This document shows positions 25,292 to 39,950 of a stretch of DNA of 64,000 nucleotides, piece after piece. The stretch is from Phallusia mammillata (lineage: Eukaryota), in contig OZ281495.1 of assembly GCA_965637545.1 (NCBI GenBank), positions 23,250,001 through 23,314,000 of the forward strand, read 5' to 3'. The notes beneath the pieces were generated by a model that ran no database searches, had not been told where the DNA came from, and saw only the letters and a program-made list of their open reading frames with translations. Within the stretch, counting starts at the first letter, position 1; each line of letters opens with the position of its first letter. The position numbers and the translations under genes are program-made.

Positions 25292-25912
25292 CACTGCATA
25301 AAACAAATGCTTATCACACAGTATACCAGTCGCTGGAACAGGTAAGTCGGCAACACAGGGTCGTTATCGGGTCAAAAATAAAAGAAGTTTGTCGCGCAAA
25401 AGCAAATGTAGGTCGTGCCCTCGGCTGCACCCGTACTTCTAACCTTGTTTACATTCGTAAGTTGACAATCACCAAACTGTTACAGGGAAAGAGGCAGCAA
25501 ACGGGCATTTCGGGCGTATCAGGTTGCATGGAGTTTTCGATTATTTGTCTGTTTTTTGATTTTGGTAATTAAAAGAATTGGTGACACCTTTGCTTGCCTG
25601 TGTCTCTCTGTCATTGATTTTCAAAGGCAAATTTTGATCCCAAAAATATCATATTTAAGCTTATAAAAGAAAAGCTTAAATAGTAAACCCAAGGTAATAG
25701 GTTTTACTAGTGATGTAAAGCTGCTTTGTCGATGTTTCGACTCGAATCTTTTTCGGTGAGTTTGTTGCATTATTTGTTTATATTCAACCCCAGTGCCATA
25801 TGCTTGATGAATTTTAAGTGGTAGAATTCTAAACAATTAAGCTTACGAAAGTTGACAAAAGACCTAACAATAATAGCTGAGCAAATTTAACAAACAAACT
25901 GGCGGTAATACA

Positions 25913-26639
25913 CAGTGCCGGATTAACCATTAGGCAAAGTAGGCACGTGCCTACAGGCCAGTTAAAAATCCAGGCCACTTCAAAATCTGTAGAAATTTAG
26001 TCATGTTTTCAAAACAATTACTTTCTAAACTAATATGTATTTACTGTAATAGGTTTTTCCAGATGAATTAAACGTTGCAAAAATCGTTAAAAAATACGAA
26101 TTGAAACATGTTGCCACCTTTTTGATGTTTTTAAAAATTCGCATTTCTGTTGAGTGACGCAACGAAACAAATCAATCTAAACATGGATGATTTTGTTAAC
26201 TGGGTATGACTTAGAGCAGGGGCGGGCAACATACGGCCCGCAGACAGTTTCAGGTCTTATATGATAATGTGGCCCGCGGCCACAGTCTGCCGCAATACCC
26301 CACTACTTGCTTACTGCGTCAAATTATAGTTATAAATGTAACGGACAGTGACGCTCCCCAATAGCAAAAAACTTTACCGCCGTTGTTGCCATTGCACCAT
26401 ACGTCCATTGTTACGACATAACTGCCAACCATGTATGGCCTGCTTTCACGGTTTCCTTTGTTTCCACACGTGTAGTCTAGTTAGTGTTTGAGCAGTATCT
26501 AAGTCTGTGGTGTATGCATTAAATTTGCTGTGGTGAATATTTTTATGTTATATCAGTCTAATTTTTTAGTTGGCAACCCTGATTTTCGGGCCACTTACAA
26601 TATGTGCCTACAGGCCAGCAGACCCTTAATCCGGCACTG
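25913..26639. mobile_element. hAT MITE containing nested fragments of other MITEs
   Basis: TIR CAGTGCCGGATTAA / ttaatccggcactg; 8-bp TSD GTAATACA vs GTAGTACA (7/8); subterminal gtgcctacaggcca repeat; another hAT-type end (caggggcgggcaac) at 26217. Confidence 0.8.
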
Positions 26640-27613
26640 GTAGTACAGGGGTAACTTCGAATCAGACGTTTCGTTTTAAATGGGGTTCAGAGACACATAT
26701 TGTTTTGCCCTGTGAATACTATTGCAGCGTCTGGTCTCCAGTGGCAAATAAGTTTCACAAAGTTGAAATGGTGATTGACGTTCCATAGGATCAGTGTATT
26801 GTCTTTTGTTTGCGTGTTTAATTGTCGGGTGTCCATCACAAATCAATCTTTGTAACGGGCATTTAACAGTTTTTATTTCAATCACAAAGCAAGTTGAGTT
26901 TAGTTTGCTTGAAGGCTACAAACTTGTTAACCGAATAATTTGCATTAAAAACCCACTGAATTTTTCATTTCTTCCAAATACATTATGATCTCATAAAAAA
27001 TCAACGGATTGCCTTTTTGTGGACAACCAAGTTGAATAATAGTTTTTCAAACTTCACAAAAAAAAGAATTGTTAAGTCTTGCAACAGAAGTTTAAACTTA
27101 AACACTTTAAAAGACATTTTTGTGCAAAAAAACGGTATCGAGATCCAATGAAAATTAACCAAACGCTTTTCAATCGGTTTTATGCCAGTGTTAAATCTTC
27201 CACGGTTTTTCAACGGTTTGTTCGGAAATATTTCAGGACACAGATATGCGACTTAACAGCAAAACAAACCTAGACGATCAGCGTGTTTTACAGACGAGTG
27301 CCAACAAGATATGTTGGTCACTGAAGCAGTCAAAACAACTTTTCAAATCCTGTCTCTCTATGATATTATAAACAAAAAATGACGAAGAGATAAAATTTGT
27401 ATTTTAAAATTTGACAATATAAAAGCACTATTAATTCGATATAACAACTCTTCACACATGTTGGGTTGCGCAAAGTAAGTAAACATCCACGAAAAAAAAT
27501 ACAATTTTCGACGATAAATTTTTTTTTCGCGAAAAATGAGAAGCACTGTGGCCGTGTAGGCGAAAAATTAACGTGTTTAAAACATACGAATAAAACTTGG
27601 ACTTTATCCAGTA

Positions 27614-30600
27614 CTATACTAACGTTAGCGATTGCTTCTTAGCGGCAGCAACTGTTGAAGGTATAGACTTTACTGAGTCATTACCGCTATCGCAGGGCGA
27701 TGATGCACGTGCTGGAGATAATTGTTTACCCAGACGTTCAGTGTTGTGTCTGATAGTTGGTTTACTACGTTGTGAAAAGGCGGTTTGACTGCTGACTGCG
27801 CTTGGCTCCGATTCAGAGGTTGGCGAAGTAGAACCTGAAGTCTCAGACGCCGAAAGGGACATAGATCTTGGTCTGGAACTCTTAACCCCATGCAAATAAT
27901 CTTCTGAAGCTATGGTGGACGCCGAGGTGGTCTCGCTTTGGCCACTAGTCCTTGCTAAAACACGCTGGTGATATTTCCGCGCCTCCAGATCGAGTGTCGC
28001 ATACGGCCGCACGTGCGCGCTATCGGGGTATATACATCTGGGCATGCCTGGTTGCCAAGTATCGTTGTACAGTACAGCATCATAGGAAGGTACAACTACA
28101 CCCACTGGCGGGGCTTGTTGTTGATAATTCATTTTTGACAGATATGAGCGTGGAATTGTTGATTGATGGAAATACTGAAGTGGTATTGACGTCATACAAC
28201 GGCCGCGCCCAAATGATTCTCGTCTTTGTTCGGCAGAAACCGGCGCTACCGGCGGCTTTGCATTGGTGTACACAGTTGATGATTTTTTGGGCGGAGAATT
28301 TGTTTCCCGTTGTTGCTTGTGAGAGCTGTCGTCTCGTTTATCTGTAGTATTGTTGCTGTTTAACGTTAAGTGAAGCGACTCGTTTTCAATTATTTCGACG
28401 CTCGACCCATCCATTTCAGTGCTTTCTTTGGTCTTGATTGGTGAGCGACGAAGGTTGTTTGACTGCTCCACTGTACTAAAAAGACATAGCATGTTTTGTT
28501 TGCATACTACAGAGAGTAACAACTTTAATGGTTTCATATGAAGTCATACCGAAAGCTGAACATTTGTAGAGAATGGGGCGTAGAACCGAATCCAGCTTGT
28601 TTTTCGCACGCAAGTGGTGACTTGCAATTAGCATAACTTACATCTTTGATTGGGTACTTGGTTCCATGTCGAAGTCTGTCAATGCATCATGTGTTAAAAA
28701 ACGTTGTCGATGCTTTTTCTACGCGGCAAAATCTCATCCACCGTGCATTAATTACAAGTATATGTGTGGTTAGCAATGGAAAGCAAAGTGTGGTGCGTGA
28801 AAAGAATTTATGGGACACTTGCAAAATATTGTGTGTACAAAAAAAATTAAAAATAATTTAAGTGTTAGCCTTTTATGTTTAAAGTTAAGCGGGCTTGTCT
28901 TTCTTTCACTTCACGTTGACCGCACAATATGCTTTAATGCATTGCTTGGGTTAAGAAGATACTAAATTATATTAGTGCATTGCCGATTCTTGCACTAATG
29001 AGTTTGCACATCCCTGATAAATGCTATCAACGCCAAAAATGCCAATGCGAAAGCAAAAACGTGATGTAACGTACTCTCTATCGGCGCCGGAGGTCAGATC
29101 AGACTGACACCGGGTCATGGCACCCAAGGGCGTCGACGTACAACCTGGTTCCGATACAAGGACGCCGTCTGGCGGTTCGCTATACTGAAGGTAGTTTTTG
29201 AATTTGCTGCAAAAAAAGAAAACAAAACGTGTGACATGCAACGGTGACCAAAAACATCAATACACACTTGTGAGTGAAGAACTAAATGCTGCGTTGTAAC
29301 ACAGATCGACTTACTCTTCAAGGTTGACTTCGGCCGAATTTCGGATTTTGCATCTTCGGTAACTCAGCCAACAGACGGCGCCCAAGAGTATAATGAACAC
29401 AAACGCACAGATGACAACAGTGACGGAGAATTCCACGATTGAAAGCTTGCCAATTTTTTCTGTACCAAAAACGACTTTCCAATTGTTTTGTACAATAAAG
29501 TTGAAACAGAAATGATTCCACTTACGTTGTGGAGGGGGAAGCTGGATGTAAGTTTCATTTGCTTCAACGTCCAAACCATTATGCACAACACAAACATACG
29601 GAGTAACACTTTCTACTTCAGATGATTCCAACCTTAATGTTGACTGATTTCCCTTCGTTTCAGTTCCTGTCGCAAAAAACGTATTTTAAGACACCCCAGA
29701 AAGAGCGACCCTATTTGATTGATCACGTCGTTTATCAAACAAGCCCTTTAGAAGAGTTTGTTCCCAAAATATCCCGTACAGGGTTCTTCGTTTAGAGGGT
29801 ATGGATAATGCATCAAAGCAGGCGCATGGTAATAAGGGATTACAGAACAGACGTGTGTGGGGAAGGTGAGAGGCAACCTGCTACCCTTTTGTGCGAGGCG
29901 CTAAATTTATCAAATATTGATTCTGGACGTACTACTGGGCGCAGTGCATTCGTCATCAAAAGTTTGACGTTTGTGAATAATGGGCTTATTAGCAATCCAA
30001 CGTCTTTAGCCTCGGCAATGAGTAAATGCATCGTTTATATTCAGGACCAGGGGGGATTTGATTGACAAGCATCCGAATTTTATACAGTTTGTTTACTATG
30101 TACAACCACAAAATTTTTTACTTTGAAAGTACTGAAAAAAACAAGGAGCATTTATTCTTACATGAGAAGTTAAAACAACTTACCATTAGGAAAAATCCAC
30201 CTGTATATTGGTGGTGGTGAGCTTCCGCCCTTAGCTGTACACGAGAGGTTGTTATCTTTTTCCCGGTGAATGCCAACATTTGACGGTGGATAATGAACTG
30301 TGACCATAATATCAGATTTAGCGCTTCCTGGCACATAGTTGTATGCAACGCATTTGTACAAGCCAGACTGAGAGCGATGGACACCAGCGAGCAACAGCTG
30401 GTTTTTCTCGGTATAATCTTCTCGCATCAGTTTTCGGTCTGTAGGGACAGAACATCTTTGATTCTTAACCGACACGCCTAATTAACAGTTTGTAAGGCAA
30501 TGTGGAAAAAAGCGAAATCAGAGGCTTGTACATTATGATACCTGTTTCAATCTATGTATTGACAAAAACAATTTTATGTTTTACAACGTCAAAATTATAT

Positions 30601-33600
30601 TAAAAAGACAACGTTAACATAAGTTTAACTCTTTAACACAAGCTAAGCGTAAAGTTTAATATTATTTGATTTATTTATTCATTTATCGAATTCGGATTCG
30701 GATTTCAAAAATTTGACCCAAATCGCCTGGATAATCAAGGAAGCACTTGTATTAACTTCACATTAATTATAGCATTGGGAAATTAAAAAGCAACACAAAA
30801 CATTTGTATTATGAAAACGCCAATAAAACATAATACGGAAATATGTGCCTGACCCCCGAAAGTACCCAGGTTGTTAATGCTGTGTATTAAAAAGTGCGTT
30901 TGCCTTACCCTGAAAATACCAATCATATGTGCATTCCGGTTGCGAAAGAACACGACAAGTAAGTTTCAGGTCTTCCCCTTCACGCACAATCGCATGTCGT
31001 GGTTCAGAAAAGATTCGAATTCCATTCGTGTCCGGTGGGTCTGCAAAAACGTATGTAAGCATCAGTCTGACCAGTCAGGCAAAGAACTGTATAATGAATG
31101 TCCCTTAAGGGACGCAGCGGCACTAAGTAGCGAGTTAACATGCATGTTTTGCGTGTCCGATCCATTAATGGCTTTGGACAAAGCCCAATTCCCACATCAA
31201 CCGACCAAAGGCGGAGGTTCGCCATAGAGCATAGGCCAAATCAACGTCCGGTATTAAGCACACATCGATCGAATACACAACGTCCCGATTGTATGGTGAA
31301 GTACGATGATGAGACGCATGCGCGGTGACAGATCTAAGAGATTAATTGATCGCCTGGTAATGGGCTAGAGATAGGAAAAAGTTGAAACAATTCCGATGGC
31401 AAGAAATAGTAACACGCCACATTTGGTTGTGCTTTGCGCACATATTATCAAATCGAAAAAGAGTATGTGCATTTGTGAACAATTTTTTTCCGAGGCGAGT
31501 GTCTTGGAATGATGCTGGCTCGTAATTGCATTGCATTAATTATTAAATTTGATAAAATCGACACGACAACGATTTTGATCCGCTACTTGTCCTCTTTGTG
31601 ACCTGCTGGAATTGAATCAAAAGCCAGATTTGAGATATTGTGTAACAGAAAATCGTTATTCGGTGGTTGCGTGTAAGATCACATCAAAAGCTAAACCACA
31701 CTTGTTGTTTGCCGTGATTCGGTGCAACCCTCTGCTAGGAGAATTCTTTTAATGCTAATCCCAGAAAGTAAAATCTTAGGTTTTTTGCCTTTGTTGCTAA
31801 TTTTCTTTGTTTAAAATACTGTTATTTCCTCAAGAAGAATTAAGGTTATACTTATCTTTAACATACATAGGTTAAATGGCCGGGGATCTTTTCCAAATGT
31901 TTTTGTAGCTGCATTCCAGAAGTTATATGAGCAAAATAGTTTACACTTTACAGCATCGTAAAAATGTTTTACAATGGCATAAACGTATTCATATTAAAAA
32001 ACAATCGAGCATCGTCCGACAATAATTTTTAACTTACAGTCGATAGAGAGTTTGTTTGTTCGTTCCACGGCTGTGACGAACCCTGTGAGCTGTGACGTAT
32101 TGGTAAGGCGACAACTGAATGTTGCGTCATCACGACCCCTTCTGACGTCAACAAATCGAAGTTGGGAAGTGATTTTGGCCTGAGACGAACTAAGTCTTGT
32201 GTATTTCGTGAAAACTGTAAAATATAAATTTAGTGATATTTCTTGAAAATACTTATATAGTGTGTGTTTTTGTTAACATCTGAAAAGGCAAACGTAAGAT
32301 TTCTATCGTTGAAAGCAATGGGTTGAGTGAAAACACGGTTTAAATTTTTTTTTAAAACTCCGATTTAAACCACAGAACAGTCAATTCTATGAAAATATTA
32401 TTTGAGTTGCTTAAAAGACAAGAATTTTAGATAATAAATTATTCGCAGTTTTATTAACGAGGAGAATTTTTTATATATATCCCGAGTTGACATTTTAACA
32501 AAGTGACAAAGAACATAAGTATAACGTGGGATGTACTGTCATATTCATTTGATGGAGTATCGATCATCCGTCCATCTTTTGTCCACTCAAAATCGAGATC
32601 GTAGTCACTTGTGGTAAGCCCGCGCGAATTGGTCACGTGAGCTATGCATTCCATGCGGTAGCCGGATGCGGAAACCGGAAGCGATGTGTTGAATTGCGTC
32701 ACAGTCCGAAACAATGTGGCTAAAATATTTGTAAACATCGTTGTCAATATAACCAAGGTTTAAAACAATATTTTGCAATTTTTGTCTATTTTAGTACTGA
32801 AGATACTATTAAAGTTAACTACTATTAAAGTTAAGTTAAAAATAACACATGTATATTGTTTGTCAATACCTTGCAGATTTCGAATTACCTGTATCTTAAC
32901 AGAGGCATTTTTATTTAATCAGCGGGCAAGTTACAAGTAGAAGTAAATTTCTCTGCAATTTTTGAACTGAACACCAACTTTTAACCAGATGTGAGTAAGA
33001 TATGTTGTATATATGTTGAGCATTTCCATTTCAATCACATCTTTCACAGAAAAATAAATTTCTAAAGCCGATACCCGTACGCAAACAAAGCCGACTCTAA
33101 ATCCCAACTTACGCAAATCGCGTGCGCGCTGCACAACCAAGGTGCTGACGGCTTCCGGCTTCAAACTACTTGAGGCGACGCAAGCGTAACGACCGTCTCC
33201 AAGAGAGGATTCGCTGAGGTAGAGGTGTTGAACATCCCGTACAACATCGCCGTTAGGAAGAATCCATCTTATCGACGGGGTCGGATTTCCTTCCGCTTCA
33301 CAAGTAAGCCGGTTTCCAAGCAATTTGATTTGTGCAAGAGGTGGATCTGAATAAACCGATTGAAAAGAACGGGTGTTTAAGTTATTCTTTCCACAGAAGC
33401 ATGCATTTTGTATGGATATACGAGCGCTTCGACACAACATTTAAAAACTAAAACCCAATCGTTGGGCCACTTTCGAAAAAGACGGTAAATCGAATCAAGA
33501 AATTAAGATCTTTCAAATACTTCCATGTGGATTTAGGAGCAAATATAACAAAATTGTTACACACAACTCATGTACGTCTACTCTAGATGATTTTAGTTGA

Positions 33601-35826
33601 TGACTGACTGCAAGCAAAATTGAATCTGCAATAACCAAGAATTTGTGGTTGACCAGATTAACATTAATTGTAATAGGCTGCACTTACAAGAAGAAGTCAG
33701 TGACGAAGAATCTTTTCATGGGGACAAATACACAAAGAAAATGTATTTTAGTCTTTGGAACTTACACAAGAGATTCACTGTGACAGTTGAGGTTTTGGCT
33801 TCAATCGAACTCAAATCATCATGATTTACGAGGCACGAAAAATCCTGTCTACTCGAGTTTCCTGCTTCAGCACCCGACCCAAGATAATCCGGTGCAAGAC
33901 CCGGTGTGAGTTTTAACACTGAGATGACGTCAAAAGAACCGTCAGGGGCCTGTGAGCTGGTCAATGTGGAATCCTGAATCTAAAGGAAAGTATGTCGAGT
34001 AAGCAATCGTTAGGATTTAACCAAAATTGAACTTCATCCACTTGAGAGCGAGAAGTACAAAGCAGTTCACCGCTAAACCTTGCCACTCGTAAGAAAACAA
34101 AGCTGTCACCATTTGTTTGAAAACATTCATTGCAAATCGAATTTATCTCTATTGTCGATGCGACAAGTACTATATAGAGCAGTGGTTCTCAACCTTTTAA
34201 GTTTGCGGACCGGTAAACTTTCGAAACAAATTTTGCGGACCGGTGGGCTTTCAAATCAACCCAAAAAGTAATCACGACAAAATTATACTATTCAAAAGAA
34301 TATAAAAAATCAATTTATGCTGTTGTCTGTTTGATATCATACGTTTTAACGCGGTTCTAAAGAAATTTCTGCAAGAAAGTAGAGCGTTGACTTCCACACG
34401 ATTTATCGGCCTTCAACATCTTGCATTTTGCAATTGAGATATAAAATTGTAATATATTTGGCGGACCGGCAGGAAAGTTGACGCGGACCGGCGGTTGAGA
34501 ACCACTGATATAGAGTACGGTAAGTAAGCACTCGACAAGAAAGCATAGTTGATTTTAAGCGTTGTATCTCTAAACGTGCATTGAATGCGGTGGTTAAGTA
34601 AATGTTTAGGTCGAAAGGTGGATAATAAGCAGATTGAATTTGTGTAGATGCAATATTCAATGTTGCACTTGCTCATGTTTTGTTGTATGAAGGATACAAA
34701 AAACATGATTGTGTCTTTGTAATGAATAGCACTGCTAGCGTATACACAATATGGCAGGAATGACCAAAACGGCAGGTTTAATTCGGGTTTGCTAAATTGA
34801 AAAAAAAATGTAAGTTGGTCTAATCAGACGCGGTTAAAAATAAAAAGCTGTTATATATAACACTATGGTATTTACGTACAGAAGAAATATGGAAAACACG
34901 ATTTTTTAATCCAAAAACGTGATTGCAGTTTGTACCTGTCCATCTGAATCTGTCCACGTGATTTGTGCTCGAGGTTTGCCTCCTATTGCTCTGCACGAGG
35001 CGGCACGATATTTTCCATCAGTTCCAACTTTTGGCGATGTAACCAATTCGGTGCTTACACTCGGCGCAGCTGAAATTAAAACACAGTTAAAAACAATGTT
35101 TAGAGCATTACAATCATTTCGTAAAACAAACCGATGATATTACTGCATTTTTTACTACACCATACATCACTGTTACTACACCATGGCATCACAGTTTTTG
35201 CAAATCTTGCAAGCAAATGTTTATTAACTCGAACAATTCTTGTTGGGCGTATAAACATATGATATTTTGTGGTTACCCGTGACGTCCAAGGTTACAACAG
35301 AGGTTGTCGCACTCTCAACTGTCAGCACAGTGCAAGAATATATTCCAGAATCGCTGATTTGCAAATTTCGTATCTGAAGGCTGGCTTCGTTGAACTGGGC
35401 TCTTCCTTCCAAGGCTTCACTACAAACATCAAATCATAAGTAAAACAGCGAATTGGTGTAACAAGCAAATCTTATTTATTGGTAAACGAGGCAAAACATA
35501 CCAAGCAGCAAAACACAGATGTAGCAGAATTCAACAAGTAATTGGGAAAATTTATCGTTATAATGTACATACTTGATGCTCGGGTTTCCTGATACAGAAT
35601 ATGCGACGGTGATAGTTTTGCCCTCAATGCTTTTAGTCCAGCTTATGGTGGGAGACGATGAAGTGTCTGCGAAGCATGTTAATGTCGCTGCTCCACCTCG
35701 CCGGGCCTTTACCGTCGTTGATGTGCCCTTTTGCCCGTCTGATAAACCAAGCGACATCCATAGCAGCACAACTATGGCAAATCGCATGTACCTGTACATA
35801 CCACCTCTGCGACTTTCATTATCCAT
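27614..35826 (-). CDS. Type I membrane Ig-superfamily adhesion receptor with six Ig domains (nectin/CADM-like N-terminus), ~993 aa, 13 coding exons
   Basis: Phase-consistent exons: 35573-35826, 35277-35419, 34936-35069, 33766-33979, 33113-33346, 32526-32719, 32038-32179, 30909-31040, 30184-30438, 29526-29666, 29315-29459, 29075-29206, 27614-28475. Signal peptide MRFAIVVLLWMSLGLSDG; V-set (LTC..ISW..DSGIYSC); C-type (CRAIGGKP..ITW..FSCLVNH); four more Cys/Trp Ig domains, with YPP linkers before domains 3, 5 and 6; TM FSVTVVICAFVFIILLGAVCWL; long Ser/Thr-rich tail ending TLV. Confidence 0.9.
34180..34507. mobile_element. hAT MITE in intron 3 of the Ig gene
   Basis: TIR CAGTGGTTCTCAAC; perfect 8-bp TSD ATATAGAG (34172-34179, 34508-34515); subterminal gcggaccgg repeats. 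Confidence 0.93.
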
Positions 35827-36369
35827 ACTGAGATGGTTTAACAGTTACAGCCCACACATAGAGCTGTACAACAGAGTTAGGTAGTTTAGTTTTCAAGAGT
35901 TATTTCAAAATTTTGCAAAAAAAAGTCAAGTGAACCCTAAAGCAGCATTTAATTAATTTCACTCTTTCTGGTTGTAAAAGGGCCTTAGTGACTCTCCTAA
36001 CTAGGCGATGTGTTAGAGATTTCCGCGTAAACATTCAGCAAGCTAATGCAAAACCGTCGCAGTTTTTATTTTGACCATATCTTCAACTACAAGAAGTTCT
36101 CCCGACATGCCAGGAACTGTATTTGTATCGATTGTTCTTCTTCTTCCTGTCGCTGTCGTTACTTTATTAATTCGTAACTTCATGTACGGCAGCCTGTTTG
36201 ACAAGACAAACATAATTTCGTCTCTACACAAAATTCCATAGCCAAGTTTTGACTGCACGGACACAGACGAACACATACATAACAAAGCTTTCTTTACGGC
36301 CTGTCAACTACATGCTTGTGTAATTCCCTCCCTTTCAACACTACAGTAAACAGAATCCACTCGTTCTCT

Positions 36370-36970
36370 GTTCTGGCTTTACAGCGATTCCTTGCAATCA
36401 TTAGTCCGGCGTTTTTTCTCTAAATTTCGGGAGCCTCTGTTCTCAAGGCGGTCACTCAGGGCCTTTCTCGCGTTCCTGATTAAAGAGAAAAAGATCAGGG
36501 TTGGAACAAGCGCGGACAAGGGCCTCGAGCACCCTTCAACGATGGCTGGAGTCGCCCCTGTCGTTGAGGTGGAGAGGGTAAACGGATTGATTATTTGCGA
36601 CGCGTGTTCCTTGAAGATTTCCACAAGAGCAACGACCTGGCGGCAACAAAGTGCCTGCCCGAAAAACATTTCCTAATAAATAATTAAGGCCCCCGCGCGC
36701 GTCCCGGGCCACGCGTGATTTGCTTCTCGGGCTCTTAGACGCCGCGTGGGACGTTAATGAGGTCACAACATGGGTGATTTGTTCAATCATTCCACGCTGG
36801 CCTCGGTGAAGCCCCGCATTAGGACCCTAAGCCGAATGGGGCGCGACTAACGTTTTTCCGATCGATGTTGAATTTGGACGTTGCGATTCATTATGGTAAA
36901 TTGCCCTCTGCTTAATCGCCGTGTCTTGATGGTGGAAATTGGGCATTACGCATCAAACGCACCGCCCTAA
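36370..36970 (-). promoter_or_regulatory. GC/CpG-rich island upstream of the Ig gene (putative promoter or 5' non-coding exon)
   Basis: Clearly higher GC and CpG than the flanks, 0.55-1.15 kb upstream of the first coding exon; the overlapping ORFs have no recognisable product. Confidence 0.3.
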
Positions 36971-39468
36971 TCGATTGCATATGTCACAGCTTGCGGTGAA
37001 TCTGTATGTTTCAACAAAAATGTTGTATGACAATAGCGGTTGAATCAAAATTAGTAATCTTTATCAGTACCATCAATAAAATAATGGACTGGAAATTTTA
37101 AAACGGGTTAACATTTTTCCGTTCATTTTTTAATAATAAACTGCCATCTAGAGACAAGAGGAATTGCCCCTATTGTGTGCAAACAACCCGAAAAAATACA
37201 GATATCACAAGCGTCACAATATAAAATGTGACGTCATAAACACATAAGACTGATCGTCAGACTGGTGTGCAGCTCAATCTGTGCATCAAGTTTAAAAATA
37301 AGGCCGCATTAAATCGTATATATATATATGTATATATATTTATGAATGACATAAACCTATTTCTTTACATCAGTAATCTAAAACAAAAACAAGCAGGGTA
37401 TTGGCGGCCGTGCGTGAAATAAGGATCTGCGATGCGGCCGCCACAGCAAAACGTTGAGCACCCCTGGCCTAGATCTTCGTCTTAATGCAGTAAAATATTT
37501 AATTTAAAAACTTAACAAACTTGCGAGTCCGATTTTAGGCGTTGGTATTTCTAATAGTTGGCATTTGAAATTGAATCATTCCATTATTTAAAATCTCGCA
37601 TTTCATTCGAATGCATTTTGACAATTTAAAACCAACAATTCATAAGGAAATCTTTCAAACACGAATGATTAACTATTTGTTTTCAAAGAATGTATTGTTT
37701 ATTTTCTGTCATAGGATTAAATTTATTTTCCGTTCTGAAAAGGTAACATTATCTGTGTTGAAATGATCGTCTGAAATGTTCCTTTTCAAATCGTTTGGCC
37801 AAATTTTGAGAAACGATGCCACGATAAATACAACTTACAATTTATATCAATAGATCCCGAAATAACAGGCTTATGTAAGATTTTGCTAATTCAAAGCCAT
37901 GAATATATATATCGGTACGAAGAGACAAAGAAAATTGAATAACAGGTTTTGATTTCATGTTCTTGTTTGCAAATTAATTGCTTATTTAGCATAAATTCGT
38001 AACCTCACGCTGCACGTTATCTGCTTACATCAGCGGGAGCTCCTAAAGAAATTCTCGAACCAATTCCAACAGAAACTTAATCCCGCTGGTTACAATTGCA
38101 AAGCAAATCGGGGTTAAGTCCACTGGAAATTGGAGTAATCCTATTTGTGAAACAATGTCGCTTTACGTTACAGTGAGAATGTTTTGTTGATCAACTGAAA
38201 TACTGGCAACGTTATATAGCACGAAAACCGTTTTTTAGATTTTTAAAAAACAACCGCCTTTCAAAGATTTCGGATAATTGCACTATGCCCTTATAACCGG
38301 CAACATTCCCTACAGGAATTTCATCACTCTGTAATTTGCATTAATCGCATTACGACCTCGCAACATCAGCAAGTCCAAAATGTGGTGGCTTTAAATCTGG
38401 TTACACGATGTTTTTTCCTGGCTAAGGTAGTTTGAAACGATTTTATGTGAAAATTCCCCTTGAAAGATCACATTTGGGCTCGAGGCCTTTAACTTGGTTT
38501 GGGAAATCAATACATGGTGTACGTCACATTCCACAGTGAAATCGCAGGTGAGAACAAGAACTCTTGCATTGTGCAGGTTACAGACAAAAATGTTGTACAA
38601 TTTCGACAAAAAAACTTACCCAAAATATGCTCAATAAATTGTACAGCGGCCTTGATGCGTATCTAATGTTTGAACATATACCAACAATTATTTATGAAGA
38701 CGTCTCGAAACAAACAATGAAAATGCTGGAGAATGTAATAATTTTAGCTTATTTGTTTTACAGCAAGCTCATGGGTATTTTTGAAGGTTTTCTAACCTGA
38801 CAAATTTTGAGGCAATTCTAGTCGAATGCACGGAGATGCCGGATGGTTCAGATTTTGGCATTGTTTTTTAAGCCGTTTAGCTCTTGGCCTATCGTTCTGA
38901 ATGTTGTGTAGCTATTATGGAGCTTGTAGGATTAGACAGAAAGGAATTGGGCAGTAAACGCGGCACTTAACTTGTCGCTCAGACTTGACTGTGAACACGG
39001 CTTCTGAATAATTTACCTCATCGATTCGCTGTGGCTGTTGGTCGTTCGTTCCTTCCGCAACACGAAAAGACCAAGTCACGTGTCAGGTTTAGGCTTATAC
39101 GGGTATGTGTCACGTGAGTGAGTCCAACACCGTGTTTTGAATATCTAGCTGTTTTTGTTTTGCCAGTGACATGAAAAGATCTTTGCCGTTGAGCCTGTTT
39201 CAAAATAAATTGTGTATGATGCAAGATGAGAAAGCTGTTAATGGCTTTACATTTACAACAAAGTCAATCAAACAGATTATCCGTAATCAGTCAATTTATT
39301 ATCTATCAATCGGTTTTTCAATCAATCGATCAAATATTTCAGATTACGGGTTTCTCTACATCGGTATCCATCAAATTTCAGTCTTAAAATACTTTTATGC
39401 AATAATGATTTGGGCAAGTTACAACTGGACTAAAATGTACACAAAAGATACAACACATATAGTGGCAC

Positions 39469-39722
39469 CAGAATTGTAAAGAGGCCTGAAATTCGAGCCC
39501 GAACCCAAAAGCACAAGCCCGAAACCCGGCCCGATCTCGAATCGTTTTTGAGAAGCCCGTTTAAGCCCAAAAGTTTGATCGACAGGCCAGTACACTAAAC
39601 GCCTCATGCAGGAAAGACAAGAGAACAAACACAATAGACAATTGGTCTTGAACAAGGCGTTTTAGGGCCATTTGGCACTAGTTCAGGTTAAAAAACTGGT
39701 TACGGCCAGACTTACAACTCTG
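39469..39722. mobile_element. hAT MITE, cccgaa-repeat family (short copy)
   Basis: TIR cagaattgtaa / ttacaactctg; perfect 8-bp TSD AGTGGCAC; internal sequence shared with the copies at 50126 and 53795. Confidence 0.88.
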
Positions 39723-39950
39723 AGTGGCACCTGTGCTTTTTCATTGCATATCAAACAAGTATTTGAACTATTTTTGTCCAGCAAAGACAACTACGGTTCT
39801 TCAAAAAGTTCTTCATAAAATTTAAAGTGGCATATAAAGCCAAGCTTTTATTGGATAGCGCATGACAAGAGTTATTTTCATGATTCAATCAGCAATACGC
39901 CACAAAGTCGGTTTCAGTGTAAAACGAACTTTGACAATGTTCTTTTTCAG

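Noticed and set aside
29808-30065. Overlapping ORFs on both strands in Ig-gene intron 9
   Set aside because: The Ig exons on either side join in phase without this segment, and the peptides have no motif.
31140-31328. Plus-strand ORF with an FN3-like snippet (VLRVRSINGFGQS) antisense inside Ig-gene intron 7
   Set aside because: The rest of an FN3 fold and credible splice sites are missing; a 57-nt in-phase cassette exon on the minus strand is also possible but unsupported.
36379-36790. Three overlapping 84-96 aa ORFs
   Set aside because: Explained by the high GC of a promoter-like island; no domain features.
15803-37466. Unpaired hAT-type ends at ~15817, 17548, 24681, 26217 and 37466
   Set aside because: No matching partner TIR or TSD could be identified, so boundaries are not supportable; treated as remnants.
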